From positions 1-64,000 of the forward strand of contig NIVC01003984.1 in assembly GCA_002269645.1 (NCBI GenBank): DNA of 64,000 bases. The letters are read 5' to 3'. The DNA is from Macrostomum lignano (lineage: Eukaryota). The translations under genes were made by a program, and so were the position numbers. Shown one piece after another: positions 56,601-64,000 of the stretch. Numbering within the stretch: the stretch's first letter is position 1; each line of letters opens with the position of its first letter. The notes under the pieces are model-generated. The model made no database searches, was not told the origin of the DNA, and saw only the letters and a program-made list of their open reading frames with translations.

Positions 56601-59600
56601 CATGTCTAACACAAGTGGCTTCATGTCTAACACAAGTGCCTCATGTCTAACACAAGTGTCTCATGTCTAACACAAGTGTCTCATGTCTAACACAAGTGTC
56701 TCATGTCTAACAGAGTGTCTCATGTCTAACAGAGTGTCTCATGTCTAACAGAGTGTCTCATGTCTAACATAAGTGCCTCATGTCTAACAGAATGCTTCAT
56801 GTCTAACAGAATGCTTCATGTCTAACAGAATGCTTCATGTCTAACAGAATGCTTCATGTCTAACATAAGTGGCTTCATGTCTAACACAAGTGCCTCATGT
56901 CTAACACAAGTGTCTCATGTCTAACACAAGTGTCTCATGTCTAACACAAGTGTCTCATGTCTAACAGAGTGTCTCATGTCTAACATAAGTGCCTCATGTC
57001 TAACAGAATGCTTCATGTCTAACAGAATGCTTCATGTCTAACATAAGTGGCCTCATGTCTAACAGAGTTCCTCATGTCTAACAGAGTGCCTCATGCCTAA
57101 AAGAGTGCCTTATGTCTAACAGAGTGCCTCATTTCTAACACAAGTGGCCTCATGTCTAACAGAATGCTTCATGTCTAACACAAGTGGCGTCATGTCTAAC
57201 AGAGTGCCTCATGTCTAACACAAGTGGCCTCATGTCTAACAGAGTGTCTCATGTCTAACACAAGTGGCCTCATGTCTAACATAAATGCCTCATGTCTAAC
57301 ACAAGTGTCTCATGTCTAACTTTTCAGCTATTCTTCTTTGGACTGGCCCGAGGCCCATGGAGAGAAGATTTCTACCAATGCGTCTCGCTGGATATGCAGC
57401 CCACTAGCACAGACCACCTGACAGCTCACATGGACAAGCTGGTGCTGGCCTACATGCTGTTTAACATTGCCAGTCTGTTTCTTGGCCCACTGTGCTGCTT
57501 GAGCACAGCTTACGGACTCATTATTAGCAGGATCGGGGAAATCTCGCGAACTGGGCGGTGAGTAAACAGCTATGGAAATATTGATCGATTGTTAATAGCA
57601 TTAATTAATGGCATTTGTACTTATACTCCTGACTCAATCAGAGATACAGAGACTGAGAACGAGTTAGAATATAGGCAGAGGAGCAGATATGAGAGGGGCA
57701 GATATGAGAGAGGCAGAGATGAGAGGGGCAGATATGAGAGAGGCAGAGATGAGAGAGGCAGAGATGAGAGAGGCAGAGATGAGAGAGGATGGATGAGAGA
57801 GGCAGAGATGAGAGAGGATGGATGAGAGAGGCAGAGATGAGAGAGGCAGAGATGAGAGAGGCAGAGATGAGAGAGGCAGAGATGAGAGAGGCAGAGATGA
57901 GAGAGGCAGAGATGAGAGAGGATGGATGAGAGAGGCAGAGATGAAAGGCAGAGATGAGAGAGGATTGGATGAGAGAGGCAGAGATGAGAGAGGCGGAGAT
58001 GAGAGAGGCAGAGATGAGAGAGGCAGAGATGAGAGAGGATGGATGAGAGAGGCAGAGATGAGAGAGGCAGAGATGAGAGAGGCAGAGATGAGAGAGATGG
58101 ATGAGAGAGGCAGAGATGAAAGGCAGAGATGAGAGAGGATTGGATGAGAGAGGCAGAGATGAGAGAGGCGGAGATGAGAGAGGCAGAGATGAGAGAGGCA
58201 GAGATGAGAGAGGATGGATGAGAGAGGGAGAGATGAGAGAGGCAGAGATGAGAGAGGATGGATGAGAGAGGCAGAGATGAGAGAGGCAGAGATGAGAGAG
58301 GATGGATGAGAGAGGCAGAGATGAGAGAGGCAGAGATGAGAGAGGATGGATGAGAGAGGGAGAGATGAGAGAGGCAGAGATGAGAGAGGATGGATGAGAG
58401 AGGCAGAGATGAGAGAGGCAGAGATGAGAGAGGATGGATGAGAGAGGCAGAGATGGGAGAGGCAGAGATGAGAGAGGCAGAGATGAGAGAGGATGGATGA
58501 GAGAGGCAGAGATGAAAGGCAGAGATGAGAGAGGATTGGATGAGAGAGGCAGAGATGAGAGAGGCGGAGATGAGAGAGGCAGAGATGAGAGAGGCAGATG
58601 AGAGAGGATGGATGAGAGAGGGAGAGATGAGAGAGGCAGAGATGAGAGAGGATGGATGAGAGAGGCAGAGATGAGAGAGGCAGAGATGAGAGAGGATGGA
58701 TGAGAGAGGCAGAGATGAGAGAGGCAGAGATGAGAGAGGATGGATGAGAGAGGGAGAGATGAGAGAGGCAGAGATGAGAGAGGATGGATGAGAGAGGCAG
58801 AGATGAGAGAGGCAGAGATGAGAGAGGATGGATGAGAGAGGCAGAGATGAGAGAGGCAGAGATGAGAGAGGATGGATGAGAGAGGCAGAGATGAGAGAGG
58901 CAGAGATGAGAGAGGCAGAGATGAGAGAGGATGGATGAGAGAGGGAGAGATGAGAGAGGCAGAGATGAGAGAGGATGGATGAGAGAGGCAGAGATGAGAG
59001 AGGCAGAGATGAGAGAGGATGGATGAGAGAGGCAGAGATGAGAGAGGCAGAGATGAGAGAGGATGGATGAGAGAGGCAGAGATGAGAGAGGCAGAGATGA
59101 GAGAGGATGGATGAGAGAGGCAGAGATGAGAGAGGCAGAGATGAGAGAGGATGGATGAGAGAGGCAGAGATGAGAGAGGCAGAGATGAGAGAGGATGGAT
59201 GAGAGAGGCAGAGATGAGAGAGGCAGAGATGAGAGATAGCGGAATGGTGGAAATATACCTACGAGCGCGTATATATAATGAACTTAACCAGAGAGGAACT
59301 TGTAATCTTTAAATATGCAGTTTCAACGCTCTTCACCAAAATAATAATAATATAATAATTATAAGCTTTATCTTATAAGCTCACTTCCGTTCGCATTGAA
59401 ACTATGGACTTGTTGCCTATGTGTAATTCGAGTCTAGCTAATCCTTTCATTAAGTGGATGGATTCTGCTATGGGGATCGAATTACATGTATTTTGACTCT
59501 GCAATGTAGGTTATAACCTCTATACGACTTTTTGAATAGATTGTACAACTTCAAAGCTTTCTTTGCACTTTTAGTGAAAGCTAGTTTACATTGACTCTTT

Positions 59601-60905
59601 AACTATAATCACTATAGCCTATCGCTGTGTAACAACACCCTTTTGTGTAACACCCTCCTGTGTAACACCCTCCTGTGTAACACCCTCCTGTAGAACACCC
59701 TCCTGTGCCTGACAGGAGAGTGTTTTATTCCAATATTACAACAAGCAGTCCAGTTTGCAAATGCAAATGTCCATTTTGTACGCTCGCATGCTGCCTTCAG
59801 CAAATTCGTGATAAAATCTACTCTCGGAAACAATGGAGTATGTAAATTTCAATGAGTCAAATCTCATTGTGCAGCTATAGCACCATCGAATTCATTTCCA
59901 AGCCGTTTTTTCATATTTTTGATAAATCAAGCCCTCAAATGAGAGATTTTTTCTGAGGTTGATTATCAAAGCAATTTTTCTCCAAATTTTAAATTTAATC
60001 TTCCGACTGCAACTAGCCAGCATTAGGAAGAATTTAGCCAGTCCCTATAGACTGACCGATCTCCAACCCTAGAATCTCACCCTGAGAGTTTAATAACACT
60101 CTAATTGCTATCTCAGACCCTAGAATCTCACCCTGAGACTCTTTGTGAGACCGACTCTAGTTGCTATCGCATACCATAGAATCTCACCCTGAGAGTCTTT
60201 GTGAGACCGACTCTAATTGCTATCTCAAACGGGTCAAACCCAAGAATCTCACCTTGAGAGTCTAATTTTCTTCTGCGTCACTTCAGCCACGGATGCTGAA
60301 AGTCTGAACGGTTACCAACAGCAACAGCAGCAGCAGCCGCTGCAGCCCGAACCAGCTCGCCGACACTCGGCACCGACTTCTTAAATAATCATCATCATCC
60401 AAAACAGCGGCAGCAGCAGCAGCAGCGGTCTCAACTTCAGACCCAGTCGCCGCCGAGCTACGAGATGCAATTAAACCAAGCCGGCAACTTCATCGCCAGC
60501 TATCGTCAGGCATTTTTACTTCGCGCAAAACTGCGCAGCTTTCGAATGTTCTCCGTCATCATTTTGACATTCCTACTGCTCTGGCTGCCCTACTGGGGCC
60601 TGTACATATTTGCGTGCGCTAACCGGCTTAGCGGAGGTCGGTACAACGACGCGGTGGAACTGATTTCAAACGGAGTGTTCTTTTTCGGCATGTCTACCAG
60701 CGCTGTGAATCCGGTAATCTACGGGGCTTATCAGAGCCGCTGGCCGACACCTTTGTCACGCTGTTTTGACCGCTGCTGCTGCTGCTGCTGCAAGAGTCTT
60801 GGGCAGCACGAAGATCAACGATCTGGTAGCAGTTGGTTATCGCCAGCAGCCGTTAATTTGGTGATGAAGCTGAGGAATGAGAGAGCTACTAGCGGACCAG
60901 ACTGA
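53645..60905 (+). CDS. Rhodopsin-class neuropeptide GPCR, GnRH/AKH/corazonin receptor family, 4 exons, about 418 aa
   Basis: Exons 53645-53677 (MQAQLLDLTTL|GTAAGA, tentative), 55695-56138, 57328-57557, and 60356-60905 (acceptor uncertain). Motifs: HLIVADLLV, MTVQFYGGDLLCRLFKFL, IDRAVAV, APQ|LFFF at the intron position known from GnRH receptors, FLLLWLPYW, VNPVIYG. Confidence 0.85.
53715..54672. repeat. 27-bp GA-rich array, GPCR intron 1 (5' end)
   Basis: GATGAGAGAGGGAGGGAGATGAGAGGG units. Confidence 0.95.
55328..55675. repeat. 27-bp array GAACACAGCCAGATGTACATCTCATGA, GPCR intron 1 (3' end)
   Basis: About 13 units ending 20 nt before the exon 2 acceptor. Confidence 0.95.
56258..57320. repeat. 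19-21-bp array CATGTCTAACACAAGTGGCTT, GPCR intron 2
   Basis: Runs up to TTTTCAG of the acceptor. Confidence 0.97.
57680..59236. repeat. 15-bp GA-rich array GATGAGAGAGGCAGA, GPCR intron 3
   Basis: Direct reading. Confidence 0.97.
60067..60265. repeat. Four copies of a 50-65-bp unit starting CCCTAGAATCTCACCCTGAGA
   Basis: Direct reading, at the 3' end of GPCR intron 3. Confidence 0.85.
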
Positions 60906-63271
60906 GGTGTGCAGGAACAAGGACCGCATGTTTCTACATGCATGTAGCACTTCAAATTTGCAATAATTCATTTTACTTTGAAACTGACGAGATACATTTC
61001 TCTCCATTTCCGCTCTAAACTCGGCAATTTAGTGTTCTCAGCTTATCTTTTTGACATTCAATGATCATAGAAAATGTCACGTTTATTGAATTTGAATTTT
61101 TGGTAAAGGCTTACTATACAATGTATAACAAACAATGAAATTTCAAGCAAAATTTTTGCCAGTTTCTATAGTTCCTGGACTGTATATATAAATTTCAAAA
61201 TCGATATTTTTCAAAGAATATTTTCCAAAAAAGTTTCTTTATGATAAAACCACTCTTCGTGCACTAAAAACAATCAGATTCTCGATCTCAAGTTCTGTTT
61301 TTTAAAAAGTTTGAAATCAGCATGAATTTTATATTTTCGATGCTAACGTATTGTAGTATTTACAATTTTTGTGCAATGAAAACTGAATATTCGATATTTT
61401 TACGATGCTTTTCTAGTAAAATTATTTGTTTAAATGAAATTACATGGTTTTAATATAGAGGGTCGTAAAGCTATTAGAATCCAACGGGCGAAAAATCTGC
61501 AATTTATCAGTTAGCAGTTCAAAAAAATACAAAAAAAAATTATCTAAACCTTGAAATTCCTGTAAAGTTTCTTTTCACTCCCGTTGAAGTTACTTGCTAT
61601 TTATCACTCAAGCCGAAAAGCAAAAAGAATAGTCACCGTTGAATAGTCTTGGTTCTGTAATCTTGTTTTTTTCATCGAAATGCACCATTGAATCAAAAAT
61701 TCGCGTTGTTTTCCTTTTTGAATTGTGCTACAATTTTTTTAAGATGATATAATCAGTAAACAAAAATACTTTTTCTTATATATACGAGTACATGTACATG
61801 TATGCTAATATTTCGTTTTTTTGTCGATCTGACCAAATTACTCGTAGTAGTAAATATATATCTTCGGTGACAATTTATCATGTATTTTCGTTCCAAGTCC
61901 TGTTCTGCTAAAATTATATTATAGTGTTAACTCTTGATAATAATTTAATTTAATGTTCGTTCAGTAGCGCAGTGTTTTAATTCAGTCACGTGGCGCAGCC
62001 ACGACAAGGTTGGGAGGTTGCGCCTCCTCTCTATTGGCTTTGACAATAAGCTAGAAAACCCCACAAAAAATCCCTTGCATATTCAAGTAAGGACAAGTTT
62101 CGTTATACTTTTTGCGTTGTAATGCATGTATATTTTTTCGTCCGAATCGATCTACGAGTATATTGCATCTTGTCCTCAACAAGAAAGTTTGTGTATTATG
62201 TTTTTGTTCAAGATTGACTTCAATGTGACCTACATTAGCGCAGATTCTTTTTAGTTTTCGTGCAGCATTGTTTGCCATCGTTACACGACGTACATGTATA
62301 TTACCTTTTAAGCCGTGACTCGTAATCCCAAACTTCTATATAAAAGAAAATTGCTAATTACCATACAAACGCTAATTTTTCATAAATTGCGACAAAAAAG
62401 TCGAAATTATTTCCGAAAAACAGAAAAGACAATTAATCAATCTTAAACAAACGATGTAGTCGTTTCTGTAGAAGAGCACTATGTTGTTCGGAATCAAGAA
62501 TCATTAATTTTTTTGTGTTGTACGTGTATAATCGTTTTGATTTAGATATTCTTGTCATTTCTTATCTTCGTGTTTAGAAAAGCTAAAAAATAGATATTAG
62601 CGATAAAAAGCATACAAATATTTGTATAGCTATTAGTATATATAATTATGGCATATATTTGGCATCACTGAAATTTCAACTGAATGTTCTACTTTTACAA
62701 AATAACACGTACAATGGAACTATACAACTTACTTAAATTTTTCGTTTAATTTTAAATCAAGTATTCCTATATCTACGTAAGCTAGGTACATAAATCACTT
62801 ATATTACGAGCGCCCGTAGCTACTTGTAGTTAGTTAACTTTTTTGGATGTTTTATGTGTGCTGTTACGCTAAAATCGCCAATCCTTAAATGAGTTAACTC
62901 GATAGAAAATGTTACTCTTAGCACAGAGAGTAACTTACATGTACGTTCTGAACATTTGATTTGAATATATGTAGCGGGCCAAGCAGTCTAAAATGTATTA
63001 TATTAAAACTTAACGCAGATGAATTTAAAAAAAATAATGTTATTGCTATTGAGAACCAGAAAACGGAAATATACAGTAATTGTTTTCTAAAAATCTCACC
63101 AAGAAAAACGTTTTGCTTAACGTTGAATAGTGTGCGCGTTTTACCTAATAATAATACTGATAATAATACTAGTAATAATAATAATAATAATAATATAGTA
63201 TTTGTCATGCCATCCCAGCCCAGAGACATCCAAACTCAGCCAGCCCATCTCAACAGTGCGATTTTTACGTA

Positions 63272-63514
63272 AGCCAGTCAAGTTTTACCATAGACATGCT
63301 TCTTAAGGCCATGCAATCTCAGCCACTTTTCAGATTCTTACTGACTTTTCTTGCTGCGTTCATTCATTGCTGTTTGTTGCCATTTCATGTCACGTTACAG
63401 AAATGATAGCATTGAGATCTGTTTGCAATTGAAATCTATATTGGCTGAGATTGCATGTCCAGGCTGAGATAGCATGGCCTTAAGAAGCATGTCTATGGTA
63501 AAACTCGACTAGCT
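63272..63514. mobile_element. Long inverted repeat / MITE-like hairpin, 243 bp
   Basis: Arms 63273-63324 and 63462-63513 match 49/52, with a 137-bp spacer. No TSD identified. Confidence 0.65.
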
Positions 63515-63758
63515 CGAGCCAAAAAACGCATTGCGGAATGGGGCTGGCTGAGTTTGGATGTCCCCAGGCCGAGACAGCATGACAAAAGCTATAATAACAA
63601 TAAAAATAATAGTACTGTAAGAAGTCTTGAAGGTGAGATATACTGTCCAGTTGGTCCAAAGAAGCAGAAAAATACGAATTCACTAATGCATTTTAAGCAA
63701 AAAACCGACTTAGCTAAAGCAAAATTTTTACCATGTCTTGCGCTTTCACGTGAAGTCC

Positions 63759-63916
63759 TTAAGCATGGGTCTCAATTTCCCTGGCCACACTGTCCCTTCG
63801 GAGTGAATCGCGTCGATGTCGCAGACTCAGCGCCAAGCCGATGCTGATGTAGTAAAAGAACTCAAGCAGCTCGCAGATTGTCAGAACAAATATTCCGCTC
63901 CATAGGCCTAGAGCTC
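63759..63916 (-). CDS. Last exon (TM2 and tail) of a DEG/ENaC/ASIC-family channel; the rest lies beyond the window
   Basis: TTTTTTCAG acceptor in phase 1, then (G)GALGLWSGIFVLTICELLEF matching the family TM2 consensus GG.LGLW.G.S.LT..E..E, then TAA. Confidence 0.75.
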
Positions 63917-64000
63917 CTGAAAAAAGAAAGTTTATATAATAGGTGTACATGCATTTATTAAACTGTGCAAACCTTCATAAAATGGGGGGCACTGCCCTTC

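Overview
Animal (invertebrate) nuclear DNA, not prokaryotic. It has GC-rich exons with GT-AG introns, AT-rich intergenic DNA and very dense minisatellites. The style fits a Macrostomum-type flatworm, but that is inference. Seven protein-coding genes are supported: three intronless genes (a tetraspanin, a Cbl E3 ligase and ZMAT5), a 10-exon PDS5 (about 1356 aa, all junction phases consistent), a 4-exon pyruvate-kinase paralog missing key catalytic residues, a 4-exon GnRH/AKH/corazonin-family GPCR, and the last exon of a DEG/ENaC channel. There are also two candidates: a small secreted-peptide gene and a spliced non-coding transcript with mini-introns. Mobile DNA includes a nearly intact mariner with one nonsense codon, hAT and Harbinger MITEs, two tRNA-derived SINEs and a solo LTR. 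The dominant oddity is that nearly every large intron carries its own private tandem array. Several arrays are built from splice signals (donor, branch point or acceptor), and one is a direct amplification of the exon-intron junction. Most long repeat ORFs in the supplied track are artefacts of these arrays. All gene models and alignments were done by eye.
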